From NCBI GenBank assembly GCA_044892525.1, contig CM097888.1:53878001-53942000 (forward strand): a DNA stretch of 64,000 nucleotides, in the 5' to 3' direction. The notes under the pieces were generated by a model. It was not told the DNA's origin. It saw only the letters and a program-made list of their open reading frames with translations, and ran no database searches. Source of the DNA: Schmidtea polychroa. Lineage: Eukaryota. This document shows, in pieces, positions 38,697 to 51,888 of this stretch. The translations under genes were made by a program, and so were the position numbers. How positions within the stretch are numbered: position 1 is the first letter of the stretch; every line of letters starts with the position of its first letter.

Positions 38697-39763
38697 TGGC
38701 GACCCTGGCAATGATCAATAAAATGATCCCAGATATTTACGATGTCAGCGTCGATGTAGAAGTTTTTATTGGAGGTATTTCCAATTATGTGGACTAGAAC
38801 AATCCAGTCAAAGGATGATAATCAAATGTTTGATCGCAAGAGAGTTGTTGCAAATTTATGAAGCAATAGAAGAAAATGAAACTTGTTTTGAAGACAGATT
38901 GAAAAAAACTTTCAAGAAGCCAACGACGTTGATAGGGGATTTTCTAACCCTCTGCAATTATGAAAAGAACAAAAATACTGCCCCAGTATATTTCGAAAAA
39001 ATAGAAAAGATGGTTGACCAAGTTCTGAAGCATAAATGTGACAAGAAAGAATTAATGTCATATCATTTGGTCCATTGAAAGAAATAAAGATGAAAATGTG
39101 ATGAGCATTGACGAAATAAAAGGAGTGATAAGGTCGATGATATAGACATTGAAGTATCCGGAATTTCAGTTCTAAATAGAAGGAAGGAAACGTTTGCAAG
39201 TATTGTCAAAACAAGACAAGAATTTGCCGATAGACAGAACCAAAACAGAAATTTTACAAATTCACAACGGAGTGAACAAAGATATGATTCAACACCGAGG
39301 ATGAAAGCCGATAATTTCCAGAACAAATTCCAACAAAGAGAAATGCTGGTTAGAAACAGACCAGTTATTACATGTTGGAATTGTCAGGAGATGGGTCATA
39401 TGAGTCGAGAATGTCGGAAACCAAGGATTCAGAAATGCTTCCAATGTTGAAAAGAAGGGCACCAATCCAGAGAGTGCAATCAGAGAGCACATAATGCAGA
39501 GATGAGATGTTTTGCGTATTGGACACAACAGAAGAGAATGCCCATCAATATTGTGCTCAGGATGCGGTAGAAGAGGCCACTTACGATTTCAATGCTGGAA
39601 TCAGACAAACCGAAAAAGATACGCAGACGAGCGTGGACCAACGAGACGGACACAAGTAGCCGCGTTTCAGACTGAAGCCGAGAACGACGAAAAGATCTCA
39701 TGTCAAGACGAAGACTACCCAAACCAAGAATCTTTAGACGAGATGATTGGGGCAATAAATTAA
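38696..39763 (+). pseudogene. Frameshifted gag with four tandem CCHC zinc knuckles; pol absent
   Basis: CWNCQEMGHMSREC, CFQC*KEGHQSREC, a frameshifted CFA..GHNRREC, and CSGCGRRGHLRFQC; stops and frameshifts upstream. Confidence 0.85.
38697..38709 (+). promoter_or_regulatory. Putative primer-binding site TGGCGACCCTGGC
   Basis: TGG complementary to tRNA CCA directly after the LTR-terminal CA; TGGCGACC would fit a tRNA-Arg-type 3' end (inference). Confidence 0.65.
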
Positions 39764-40504
39764 TGGGTAATAATAACGATTAATTAAGTAGAATTGTAGG
39801 AAATATCGATATAGTTGAAAATAATAATGAGCTGGAAACAAATTTTAAAAATGCGAATCAATGTGAAATATTGGAAAATCTAAAAAATAAAGTTACGGAT
39901 ATTCATGATGCAAAAATGTCCTTCAAAATTCTTGTGAGTAAAACGAATAAACAAATGATTATATATAATTTGTAATTTGCGTTCAAATAATTATTTATTC
40001 ATAAAATTACATTCTACAGCGTAACAAATGTAAATTTAATATTTCTATTGTTTTAAATAAATAAAAAAAATTTATTAAAAATATTATTTATATTTATAAA
40101 ATTATTTGCTTAAAAATATATATTCATTCACGTGCTGAACTCATACTAGTTCATGATCTAGATAAATATCAAAAATAATTTTTTTACGTAATTGACTGAC
40201 AAAAGAATTATAAATATAGCAAATGTTTCAATAATTATGAACGACAGTAATCAAATCTTTTTGAAATTTTGAATTAAAGAGTTAATTTATTTTATTTTAA
40301 TCTCGTTTTTTGGAACTGAAAATATTTTACAAGTAACCCAACAAATAGATATAAATATTTTAAAAACTCAATTTTAACTAAAAGTCCTCTATTAGGGTCA
40401 TTTTTTAATTTTTAATTTTTTTTTGTATTTTTTTGACTATTATTTGCATTTGAATTACATTAGGTAAATTTTGTTTATATATAAAACGCCACTCAAACAT
40501 CTCT

Positions 40505-40545
40505 TATACGATATGTTTCGACAGGTTCACTGTCATCATCATATT
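40505..40545 (-). ncRNA. Degenerate minimal hammerhead-like motif (family B)
   Basis: ATGATGA-T-GACAG-tgaac-CTGTC-GAAA-CATATC-gtata; perfect stem II, C3 replaced by A. Confidence 0.45.
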
Positions 40546-40589
40546 GAAAATAAAAAAATATATTAATATTTATAAATTCTTGTTGAAAC

Positions 40590-41215
40590 AAATTATGGAA
40601 ACCTAACCGTTAAAAACATAGTATTCAAAACTCTCTCCATATCTCACTCTTTAAAGTTCTCTCAAAGTCAAAATTTCACTATGGATCCTCAATGATATGA
40701 AATATTTACGCTTTGAAAAAAACATTTTATTAATATTTTTTTATTATTTACGTGATGTTATAATCACACAAGGAACGAAATTTAAAGATACTCAAATAAA
40801 TTCAATTTCCTGATGGCCATGAGGCTAAAAGTCTAATCTAAAACTTAAATCACTCAATGACATAAAATATTGCACAATTTGTGCAAAATAATTTTTTTCA
40901 TATTTTCACCAGCAAACAATTTACGGTACTAATTTTTGTAGCACAGAGCCAGTGGTGAAAATATTTTAAAAATTGACAAAATCGTTAAAATTTAAAATAT
41001 TAGAGATTAAGCAATATTTCTCCATTGGGATATGTAACCAAATTGAAAATTTTTTAAAGGTATAATTACAGTACCTACGATCAATCTAGGCGACAAATCA
41101 ATCTGCGAAATTTCAGCTTAATAAGATCACGGGAGTGGGTTTTTTGTCCTTGCAAGATTTTCGTGACTTATACAAACATTCAAACAGACATACAAAGTAA
41201 AGTTAATATAGAGAG
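40590..41215. mobile_element. Helentron-associated (HINE-like) element
   Basis: Shares aaaaacatagt..aaactct start and atcacgg.agtgggtt...atacaaaca..aagttaatata end with 56010-56310 and 16790-16975. Confidence 0.5.
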
Positions 41216-41279
41216 AGAAAAAATCTAAATCACCTCAATTTTCAAGTAGCGTTTATTATTGTCGGTTTAATTCGACTTT

Positions 41280-42230
41280 TATTCCGCATCCCTCGATTTT
41301 ATTTAAATCTTTTCTTTTAATACGATTTGCTCAATAATTGGATGATTCTTTGATTGAATGCGTTTTGCAAAACATTTATATAGTAAGTTTGGCGCTTTAT
41401 TCATCATCAAATGTAAAGGTCCAAGAGGAAACTATATTAGTTTGAGCGTGGAAAATGAAATAAAGCCAATGAACAGGATAAAAAATGTGGTAGAAAATAC
41501 TTTCTCAACAATATATAAGAACCGGAAAGACATCAAATCCGACCTTTATGAAAATCCGCAACAAAAGAAATTCAAAATGATAAGAAATGGAAAACACAAT
41601 GATCTTGACCAAGTTGTAATAACATTTGTCAACGAAGCCCTCATACAGGAAAAAGCAAAGCAATTGAGCAACAATATAACAATTGATAATCTTTGACCCA
41701 GTTCAGGTTGGCTTCAAAGATTAAAAAATTGAAATGTTCTGAGATGGAAATGTCTAACTGGGAATGCTGCTCAAGCTTATGAAAGTGTTGCAAATGAATG
41801 GCTAGTAAATGCATTTCGGGCATTACTTTTACTTTATAATAAAAATGATATTTTCAATGCTAAAACCAAAAAGGAGCGCATCGCACGAATGGGTTGTACT
41901 AATATGGCTGGTTTGGAATGAAAGAAACCCTTCAATTATTGGACTATCAAAGAATCCAAGTTGCTATAAAAATATTACAAGCTTTCCAGTTGACTACGAA
42001 AATAATAAAAAACCTTTATTTGAAAAATGGCTCATTGAACTAAATAAGAAGTTTAATCAAGAACACAAAAGTTCAGCTCATGGAAAAAGTGAAAAAGAAT
42101 AAATAAAATCCATTAGATTGGAATGTTTCCACCAAATCTTACATCGACAATAAACATTTTATCAAAGGTTTGGGATACAAAACTAACTTCAACACTAATT
42201 GAAAACTGTTTCCATAAATCTGGATTCATT
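41280..42230 (+). pseudogene. pogo/Tigger transposase remnant (CENP-B-like HTH plus DDE fragments)
   Basis: STIYKNRKDI..RNGKHNDLDQ..IQEKAKQL..SSGWLQR, then NMAGLE..IIGLSKNPSCYKNITSFPVDYENNKK, and VWD..TLIENCFHKSGF. Confidence 0.85.
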
Positions 42231-42789
42231 GTTTCATAATTTCAAGATTAGGATAACCTACCATTAGAATATTATTTTAAAATTATTTTAAGGTTTAGAG
42301 CCTACAAAAAAAATCTACAAATTTATAAAAGGGAAAAAAATCAAATTGAGACAATCGAAGTTTAAACTCAGTCTAAGAATTCAAAATTAAAAAAAAGGAT
42401 TTTCATTACAAAAATTTGATGTTATTCCAGCCTAATTCTAAGAGAATCAAAGACATATAATATATTGTTTTCATTTGTTAATCCTTTACGGCTGTTGAAC
42501 TATTAATAACTATTTCATTAGTTACTTGTGATTAAATTTAGAATTATTTATGTATATAAAATATGTACAATCGCTGAGAGAATATTTATTCTTCACTTGT
42601 TAAATAAAATTCCTTACTATTGTTTCATTATTTTTTGTACTTTTCGACTACTTCATTCCTAAATATAATTCCGTTCTACATTGCCTTATTGACAAATTAT
42701 AATAATGAGCCATAATTACGTATCAAATATTACCGAAGTCCGAAGTTTGTCCTTAAACCAAAAAAAACCTATTTTCTAAAGTGGTGGTT

Positions 42790-43434
42790 AGTTTTCACCA
42801 ATTTAATGAATTAATTCTAGAAATTTATTTTAGCCATTTTTGAAATATATTTCAGGTAAGACGTTAAATTTAAAATGTTAATTTAAGGTAAATTTTAAGG
42901 CTTAAATTTTGATCCATATAGATGTGAGATCATTATTCAAGTTCTTAAATATTACTTTAAGTCAACATTTGTATTATAAATATTTTATAATTATTTCGAT
43001 AAAATGTAAGTCAGATCAATTATTAATTATAATTAAATAATTAAATCAATCACCAAAAATGTATTTTTCTAATTCTAATGAATAACTTAATTTTAACTCA
43101 AAAATAATTCCTATGGTGATATTTCGTCATTTTCATGAGAATTTAAAGTAATTTCTTTAAAAATACAGTTAAAAACATTTTCAGCGATCTTTTTCTCAAA
43201 ATTGTCTAAAATGAAGTTATTATAGAAATGAATCTCAGCGGCGCGTTTCTATATATCGAAAGTTTGCATGTATATTTTAATATGTGTTGTGTTTGTGTGC
43301 AGTATTTAATTTTTCTACCACTTAGCGTATGAGAACATCAGCGTGAAATCAAAGTAAGTTTGTATGTTTCTAAAATGTAAGATTATTAATTTTTTTCTTA
43401 TATTACAGGAAACGTATCTCAGTGGTGTTTGGTG
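42790..43434. mobile_element. Non-autonomous deletion derivative related to the 30398-32389 element
   Basis: gagatcattattcaagttcttaaatattactt matches ~30583-30615; the right part matches 32205-32389 and ends GGTG|TA. Confidence 0.7.
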
Positions 43435-45889
43435 TAGCAACTATTTTTGTATAAACCTTAAAATGTTCCAAAATATTTACAACGCTCCCCCAGAAATATC
43501 CACATCTTAAAATATTACTTACAATTTAGGACGATTCATATCGTGACAAATAAATTTTAAATTACAAATCAAATATTTATTTTATTTATTATGAATATTA
43601 AATAATTTCCTCATTCAATAGAAAATATTCTTTCCCAGAAAATTTCAATAAATATTGCGTGTAGAGAAAATAAGTTTTTTATTAATTAATTTGCTTGTCA
43701 TGTATTGCTGACGTCTGAAACTTGCTTAATTTTGTCGGTTAACTTAGATAATATGCCAAAAGGGTAAGGAGTCCTTTTTTGGAAATAAATAGATTTGTAA
43801 ATGAAAACAGATCAAACGGAAAGAACTTAAAAAATTTGAATAAGAAATATTTAATATAAGTTGAAGAAAAAAAGATATTTTTAAAGATCTGTAAACCAAC
43901 GACAATTGGTCACCCTAGCTTAACACACATTGAAAATTCATTTATACACAAATGAGCCATAACCCAGAGAGGCAGTCGGTTTATAATTCCCTACTCTATT
44001 CCTTTGAAATAAAATAAAATAAAATAATTTCCTACCGAGAAAATGTAATTATTAATTTAATTTAATTACCAATTCCTAGTATAAATTTTATAAGACACTG
44101 ACAAAACTTTTAAATGTTCTTTAATTTTAATTCATTTAAAATGGAGAAAATTTGAAAAAAATAAATTTCTAACTTCCCCATGAGACTTTTCTTGATTAAG
44201 TTTACTCTCGCAATAATTTATAATATTTTATTAAGTTTCGTAAAAGACATCTTTATTGACTTTTTAATGAAATAAAAAAATTTTTGTAAATAATTTTGAA
44301 AAAAATTAACTATAATTATATTTATAATGTAAATTATTGATAAAAATTTATCCAGTAAAATTTTTATATAATTTTTAAAGATTAAATAATCCTTGCTTTT
44401 GTTATTTTAAATAAAAGCTTTTACTCAAATGATGCATAAATTTGTTTTAAACATAAAAAATTGCCAGAATTTAAAACTAATTTCCAATATTAATTAATTT
44501 CAATATAAGCGCCTTTTAAAATTTGATGACAAAAAATTTATATCAATAAAATCATATATATTTTTCTTAACCTTTATTGTTTTTTCCCCTTAAAATCTTT
44601 TGATTAATTAACTAAATTTTCATGTTACACCAAGGCAGAAATACCACGGGTAGTTTACAACAAATTAAGGTCTAATATAAGGTCTGATATACTTAATTTA
44701 TATAGAAGAAAATAAACACCAAACAATATGGGCGACTGACGTAAATAATGTAAATATACATATTAAAGAAAAGCATAAAAATAATTTTGGTGAGAAAAAT
44801 AAATTAAGAACGCAACTGCGCTTATAAAGGACAATATTATTACTACTCTTATCGCCAGTTATTCTTACAATAAATATTTATAAATAGTTTGGGTTATAAA
44901 TTGTGAATATGCAGACTGTGGTTTTTTTCAAATGTATAAAATTATTAAATTAAATATTTTATAAATTTTTAAAAACTTATAAATCATGAAAATTAATATA
45001 TATAAAATTTATATTAAATAAAATAATTTAAAATCGTTATATTTTAGGATAAATTAAAAAATAATTTAATTCGAATTTAATTTGAATTTGAATTTAATTT
45101 GAATAATTTATAATAATTTGTATTGTATTTTTGTTAATGTTATTTCGAGTATAAAGCAATAATAATTTGAATAAATATAATTTTCATGTACTTTTTCACA
45201 GAAAAACAGAAAAATTGTCAGGAGTCCATAAATATATATGATAGCTGTGGCATTATATATATTTCAAGCAATTTGAGCTGCATTGTTTAGAGTTGTAATT
45301 TTTTGTATAATTACACTTATAAAAACATTTTTATTTTAATTTAAGCTTATCAAATAACACGCATTGCAATTTTAATTATAAAAAATCATTTTTCATTTAT
45401 ATTATTTTATTTTCTCACTTGAAGCAACGAGGCTTATAATTAAAAAACACGTATAAAGCAGGACTTTTAAATGAAAATATTTCCCATTATTTATTAAATT
45501 AAATTATGAAAATGTTGAGTAAATTAAATAAATATTGCAATAAATGGAAAATTAACATTAATTAAGGCTTATCAGTAAATCATTATTTTTTGTTTAGATT
45601 CTTATTTTATTTATCTTTATTTATCAAATATTTAAAAAAGGTTTCATTGATGTCTGATAAGTTAAATTTGTTTATTTGTTGTCAAATTATTTTTAATTTT
45701 GATTATGTAAAAAATTTTTATTAATTTTTATTTTTGGAAAGAATTCTGAAAAATTTGAGTGACTTTGTTTTAAATTGTAAAATAGATATAAAATTTAAAT
45801 TTTGGAAATATTTTTATTGAGTTTTAATAGTTATTCAGTTTTCATAATAAAGAAGCTCTTTGTCAGTAATTTTCATTTTTCAAAGTTAA

Positions 45890-46800
45890 TCATGATGTCA
45901 AGGAGTCAGGGTGTAGAAACAAATATTATTGAACATATTGATGATGAATATGACGAGGAGTACCTAAACCTTAGGAAGAAGTCTTTTGTGAAATTCAGAC
46001 TGATGATAGGGATTTGAATTCGAATCAAAATGAACGGTAATGATATGTCCAGAAACATTGTTGATGAAATGGTTCGTTGATATTTCCAATGATGAAATGA
46101 ATTGGTACAGAAGGTTGAATCATACAATGTAGATGCAGTAAATATACGTATAATTATCGAAGAAATGCGTAATAATGATGGTAAAACAAATAAATTACTA
46201 TCAATTTAAAGAAAATACATTTGAAAATTGAAATGTTGATGAAAATGTTTCATGGGATTGAAATCTGGTCCCACGGAATATGCCAACGGAGTATGCCAAT
46301 GGAGAATGCCAACTGAGTATGGGATTTTGATCAGAGTGGATCAATTGCTATAGAAATAGCGGCGACAGATAATAAAAATAAAAAGAAATTTCTATGGAAG
46401 TTGCAAAATTTGATGTAATATTTTCAATAGTTTTAGAGTCTAAAATTTAAACGTTTATTACTTCAATATAATCCCAAGGATGAATGTCATTATGATTGGT
46501 TTATGATTTAATGGATCTATAGACTTGAACTGTTACTGTCTTTTCCAGTGTTATTTTGATTTTTATTTTATATTTAAACTTGGTTGTATCATAATTTATT
46601 TAGTTTTAAACAAAAGGTATAGGAGAATGAAAACAAAAGGAATCGTGATAAATGAGGTTTGGGGAAAAAGCCTTTGTAAGTTTCTTGACTTGTCTTTTAA
46701 AAGCAGGTATTTTGATTCATTAATAAATGACGCAACCCCATTTAGATTTCTTTAATATTTTTGATGTGTTTATTAGATAGAAAACAGAAGGTAAATTGAG
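45890..46800 (+). pseudogene. Possible piggyBac/PGBD-like transposase remnant
   Basis: Acidic N-terminal stretch, FMGLKSGPTEYA and SFKSRYFD..FRF resemble piggyBac-family motifs; many stops. Confidence 0.3.
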
Positions 46801-47211
46801 TCACATTTTTAAACAATATTATTTGAAAAATAGTTAAAAGATTTTTTATAAATTGTATTTTTAGAAGAACAGAAGTTATTAAATATTATACGTAATTACA
46901 GATGATAGTGGTTCTTGTTGACATCATTTCCTTCCATGAGAAGCATATACTATAGTATGAATGTATTCTCAAGCTTATTTTTCTATTTAGGGCAGTGGGC
47001 CACTATGATTATGTCATTAATGCGAGGAATGCACTATGTTTTGTAGTTCAGGGATTTTTGTACAAGGATTTTGGTATCATGCATTTTTAAACTAAATTTT
47101 TGCTCATGCTAAAAAGAGTCAGCAGTGGGATTCGACTGAGAAATTAAAAAGTAATTAATGTAATCAACGTTTGTATGCTAATTTTTATGAAATAAATAAA
47201 ATAATAAATAA

Positions 47212-47212
<1 letters not shown>

Positions 47213-47275
<63 letters not shown>
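47213..47275. repeat. (AAT)n microsatellite
   Basis: Direct observation. Confidence 0.95.
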
Positions 47276-47279
<4 letters not shown>

Positions 47280-47544
47280 TAATTATAATAATTCATCAAA
47301 TCAGGTACTAACAACTAGATCCACAAATATCTCCCCCTGAAAATCAATTACGAAAAAATTTACTAAATAGTTTCATTCTACTCAATTGATAATCTTTTGC
47401 TAAAATAATGTAATTCGTATTTCTACTTAATATTCACGCTCTTTTCATCAATTACATTTCAATGAATATTCACCTCTTCTAAGTATATTTTCTCTCTTCA
47501 TTGAGTGATTTTACTTCCACTAATGCATCAATAAATAACCCCTT

Positions 47545-47684
47545 AATGAATAATTCTGCCTCCATTTCTATGTCCAATGAATAATTCTGCCTCCATTTCT
47601 ATGTTCAATGAATAATTCTGCCTCCATTTTTATGTCCAATGAATAATTCTGCCTCCATTTCTATGTTCAATGAATAATTCTGCC
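47545..47684. repeat. 31-bp tandem repeat, ~4.5 units
   Basis: aatgaataattctgcctccatttctatgt(c/t)c repeated; the last unit is interrupted by a hAT MITE. Confidence 0.95.
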
Positions 47685-48087
47685 CAGTGCTCGAAGTGGA
47701 ACAAAATATGTGCCGGGATAGGCATGCTGTGGCACCCGGGATTCCAGGCTTTTATGCAGAAATTTTCAGTTGGGGGTGTTGCAAAACTTTGGGGGGGGGG
47801 GGTGTCCACCCATTTAATCATAAGTTTCAGAATATACCTACCTATCCATTACTGCTGCTTGGGAAATTCTTAATTGAATAGAGAATAGAGAATAAAGAAT
47901 ATATATATACATACATATATGGATGTACTATGTGTGACCTTAATTGCAGTATTTGTGTGCCTATAAAATGAAATAAGTACCGGGATAAACCTATAGATTA
48001 TATGAAATGAAGTGCCGGGATGCAATTCCGCCTACATAATCAATGCCGGGATAATATCCCGGCTATCCCGCCTCACTTCGAGCACTG
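47685..48087. mobile_element. hAT MITE, 403 bp
   Basis: Perfect 14-bp TIR CAGTGCTCGAAGTG; 8-bp TSD ATTCTGCC; GC-rich subterminal CCGGGA motifs. Confidence 0.95.
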
Positions 48088-48267
48088 ATTCTGCCTCCAT
48101 TTCCAAATTTCAATCAAAATTCTCACCTTAGAGTATTAATTTAATTGCTAATTTTATTGAAATTTTCCCCCTTTATTAAGTAATTCTATCTCCATTTCCA
48201 TGTTCAGAGAATAATCCATGTTTCCATTTCACGCTTCAATGACAGTTCTTACTGCATGAGAATATTA

Positions 48268-48482
48268 CCGTATTAGCCCGAATATAACGCGACCCCGAAT
48301 TTAGAAAAAAAATACTTATAAAAAATTTTAAATTAAGGGAAATTCAATCAGATAAGCGTTTGGTTAGGTGATTAAAAGTAATATATAGGTTATATTCATG
48401 ACAATAAATTTAATTAATTTAAACCAAAATTTAATAAAAATAAAATGTTAAAAATTGTCGCGTTATACTCGGGCCAATACGG
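48268..48482. mobile_element. pogo-like MITE, 215 bp
   Basis: TA|CCGTATTAGCCCGAATATAACGCGAC ... GTCGCGTTATACTCGGGCCAATACGG|TA; second copy at 52813-53008. Confidence 0.85.
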
Positions 48483-49148
48483 TATTTTTATCAAAGTTTT
48501 TATATTGATTAAAATTTGTGATAATTTGCCTAATTTAAAGAGAAATATATGATCTTTTAGAGAAGTTGGAGTTTAAATATCTATGTTTAAGAATCGAAAT
48601 TTAATATAATAAACAAATTTGATTCTTTATCAATGATTTTAAAGGGGAACATTTATATTTGATTGTATAATGATAACAAATAGTAGAATATTGTTATTTA
48701 AATGAATTTTTTAGTGAGGTAGATTGATGACTGAATTTTCTGAATACTGAGTAATAAACCAATCAAATTGTGTATTAAGTTGCACATTCTCGAAAATTAT
48801 AATTAAATGGTAATATTTTGATCTGAATCCACCAATCAAATCGAGTATACACGTGATAAGAGTTTTTTCACATTCGTGTATTTGTTGACCTGATTTGTTT
48901 AGACAATCCTCATTAGAATTAAATTAACTTGAATTATGATCTTAAATGATTCTTATTTAGGATGATTGTTTACTTGATTATTAATGACTAGAATTTAAAG
49001 TGCTTTTGTTATCCAATGTGCTTATTAATCAACTTTCCATGATATTATTAACTATGTTTTGAATAACTTTAATTTAAATATTTATTTTTATTTCTTATTT
49101 TTTAAATTTTGATTCAAGAATGAATAATTTTAATATATTATTACCTAA

Positions 49149-49522
49149 CGGTACTTCCGTGTTATCTTACCCCCAAAAATTAAATTAAAAAAGAACACAT
49201 AATTATTATATTTATTTTCTAAATCACAGTTACAAACTCAGCAAATGTTTGTAAAGAGTTTGTAAATGGTCATCCAGGTGGCCAGAAAACCACAATGTCG
49301 TTGAGAATAGTGTCGAACACATCGGCACTGTTGCTTAGAACACGTTTGCACCACATAAACTCACATAATCACATAACCACATAAATCACAGATAGCCTTA
49401 ATAAATTCATGTTCAATAATGTTCAATAACGTCATCAATAATGTATTCTCTCATTTTTTATATTGTTATTTTAATTGTATTTTATAATTTAATTTTTGGG
49501 GTAAGATAACACGGAAGTACCC
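49149..49522. mobile_element. MITE with ~38-bp TIRs (PIF/Harbinger-like if the TSD is TAA)
   Basis: GGTACTTCCGTGTTATCTTACCCCCAAAAATTAAATTA and its reverse complement; flanks read as TAA/TAA or CTAAC/CTAAC. Confidence 0.85.
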
Positions 49523-50499
49523 TAACTATTGAAACTTCCCACCAGTACTGATTATCAATCACAATGATTTTTAATAATTTTATCATTTAATGAGTACCAA
49601 TTTCTTAAAAAAAAAGAGAAAAGATTTCCAAGGATCATTTAATTACATTCATTTTTATTCAAAAACTAAGAACATAATTCTCATACTTCGTATATAAAAT
49701 ACATGTTTTCAATATCTATCAATACCCAGGTAGTAGTAGTGATTTTGGAACTTGATATCACTTACATTTTGTAAGAAATTCATTGAATAATTCCCACATT
49801 AAAGCAATTAGTAAAAGTAAGTTCTGAAAAGCTCGCAGCCAAAAGACAAAATCCAGTTATCCTAACGAGAAGGAAATTAGCACATGCAGCCTCGAGAATA
49901 TATTAGTTTTTGGTTGATTGTCAGATAGCATTGTGGTTGATTAAGTATTATTTTATACGATGCATTATATTTCATTTTTAGTTGTCTACTCAGTTATTTT
50001 ATACAGGATCTACAGTATAGAGTTGATTACTTAGTGTATTAAATTGATTGATTAGTTGTTAGTAACCAGTTGTTAGAATCTGCTAGTAACTTTTACTAGA
50101 GTGCATTCTTCACATTGACATGGCCATAGTGGCTCCTTACCCCCAGTGATTTTTTACGAGGTCCAAAATAGGCTTAACTATAGTCACAGTTTAACATTGA
50201 CATATCCAAAGTGATTCACTGTCCCATATAGAAAGAAGCCTAAGGCAAAAGTAGGGTTCCTACAGTACATTCTTCAAATTGCACCCATGTTCAAATAGTC
50301 ATTTATTACACCAATAGGGCGGTGGGAGAGGGAAGAAGGTTAGCGGACAAGAGCCACTAACTACATACTAATGTTTTATTTGTAAAATAATTGGTTAGAC
50401 AATCGGAAATTTTATAATATACTGATGACAAAACTAGTATAAATTTACTCGATTTTGAAATTCATGACCTTTCAGAGCCTCAAGAAACTCTCCTCAAAA

Positions 50500-51000
50500 T
50501 CCACCAACTACAGGGTGTTCCTAGCAAGAGCCTCAAGTGCCGCCCTACATGTATTGAGATTGGTTACTTTCTCAACCGTACCCATACATGATAATCCATA
50601 GAATCGCAACCAGCTGAGTAAGAAAGGGGTTGCATACAAGCAATTGAACTGGTAAAATCCTAAACTCTCGGGCAACTATTTGTGTTTTTTCAAAGATATG
50701 GCATGGAACTGAATCTTGCTACCAGAAGCCATCCTATTCACGTAAAGTGTGACCACAGTGTTCAGCAATTAAACATGTCATTTAACTTATGCTAGGAACC
50801 TTATTCACGACTAGTGAGGTGGCATAACATCACCCTTAATGGAGACATGTCAAAAACCATCATAGTATAGGGGAACTTGGTCTTCATGGTACGAGAAACG
50901 TCATATGGATTTTCAGTAAGCTATTTGTTATTTAGTGGGGGTGTACTTGGTTCTAACAAAATTCTTTTCGTCAGAGAATATATTACATGTTAAACCAGAT
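50500..51000 (-). pseudogene. Degenerate maT (DD37D-like) Tc1/mariner transposase remnant
   Basis: FSDEKNF, MKTKFP..MVF, GDVMPPH, LLNTVV, QDSVPCH..KTQ and MDYHVW motifs in order across frameshifts. Confidence 0.75.
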
Positions 51001-51221
51001 GATAAATGTTTTAAACTCAAAATATGAACAGATGACCTATCACTGACAACACATTAAACTCCCGATGCCAAATTCATGTATTACTCAATATTGTTTTATG
51101 ACATGGCAGCCTTTTACCCAGCTCCACCCAGAATAGATTCAAACTCATTTTTTATTCATTATAATTAATTTTATTCATCATGTTATTACAAAATGCAATA
51201 CTCATTTCAATCATTGGTCAG

Positions 51222-51372
51222 AATGAACAATGCTGTTGAATATTGGATTATTCCAACATACAGCTGTCAATATGAAACGCACTTGTCTGTCAAATTCAAC
51301 CCTTTAAGCGAAAAGAAAGTAGAAATTAGCACAGATTACAACAAGGAAAGAATAAAAGAAAACCTTTTTGCT
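51222..51372 (+). CDS. Candidate exon, unknown protein
   Basis: Open frame MNNAVEYWIIPTYSCQYETHLSVKFNPLSEKKVEISTDYNKERIKENLFA ending at a GTGAGT donor; weak acceptor. Confidence 0.35.
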
Positions 51373-51888
51373 GTGAGTATAAACTTTAATACATAAGACA
51401 ATAATGAGAATTTTTTATTATGAAATAGTTCTCTTTAATCTGGGTCAAAAAATAATTGGATTGTTCATCAGATATTTATTTAATGTAAAATCTGAATTTT
51501 GATTGGCTATCAAATATTGGGTATTAAATAAGTATTTTTAAGATTTTTTTCTATTTCAAAATATTATTCATTTTTTTTGTCTCTAAATATTTATTTGTTT
51601 TCAATTTTTAATTAATGTTAGTTAATAAAATGTTAATAATTTTTATAAGGTGAATATTAAGAAAAATCAAATTTGTTATTCTAAATTTTTAAGGTGTAAA
51701 TATAAAATATTTAGTAAACATTATTAACATTTATTTCTTAACATAAACATAACATAATTAATATTATTATTATTGTAAGTTACTTGTACAAATAGGGGGG
51801 ACGTCTGAACCTTTAATAATTACTCATAAATATTTACAATTCTTTTTAGAAATAATTAAAAATAATTAATTTTATTTTTGTTTCCTAC

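Noticed and set aside
38912-39755. Minus-strand ORFs over the gag region, and similar shadow ORFs at 5153-5380, 16270-16476, 17459-17848, 51965-52237 and 59895-60122
   Set aside because: Antisense to better-supported coding remnants.
47545-47684. 31-bp repeats as a CRISPR array
   Set aside because: Head-to-tail units without unique spacers, in a eukaryotic context. No rRNA or tRNA genes were recognised in the window either.
50100-50330. Possible Pif1/RecD helicase motif VI remnant
   Set aside because: Similarity too weak and fragmented.
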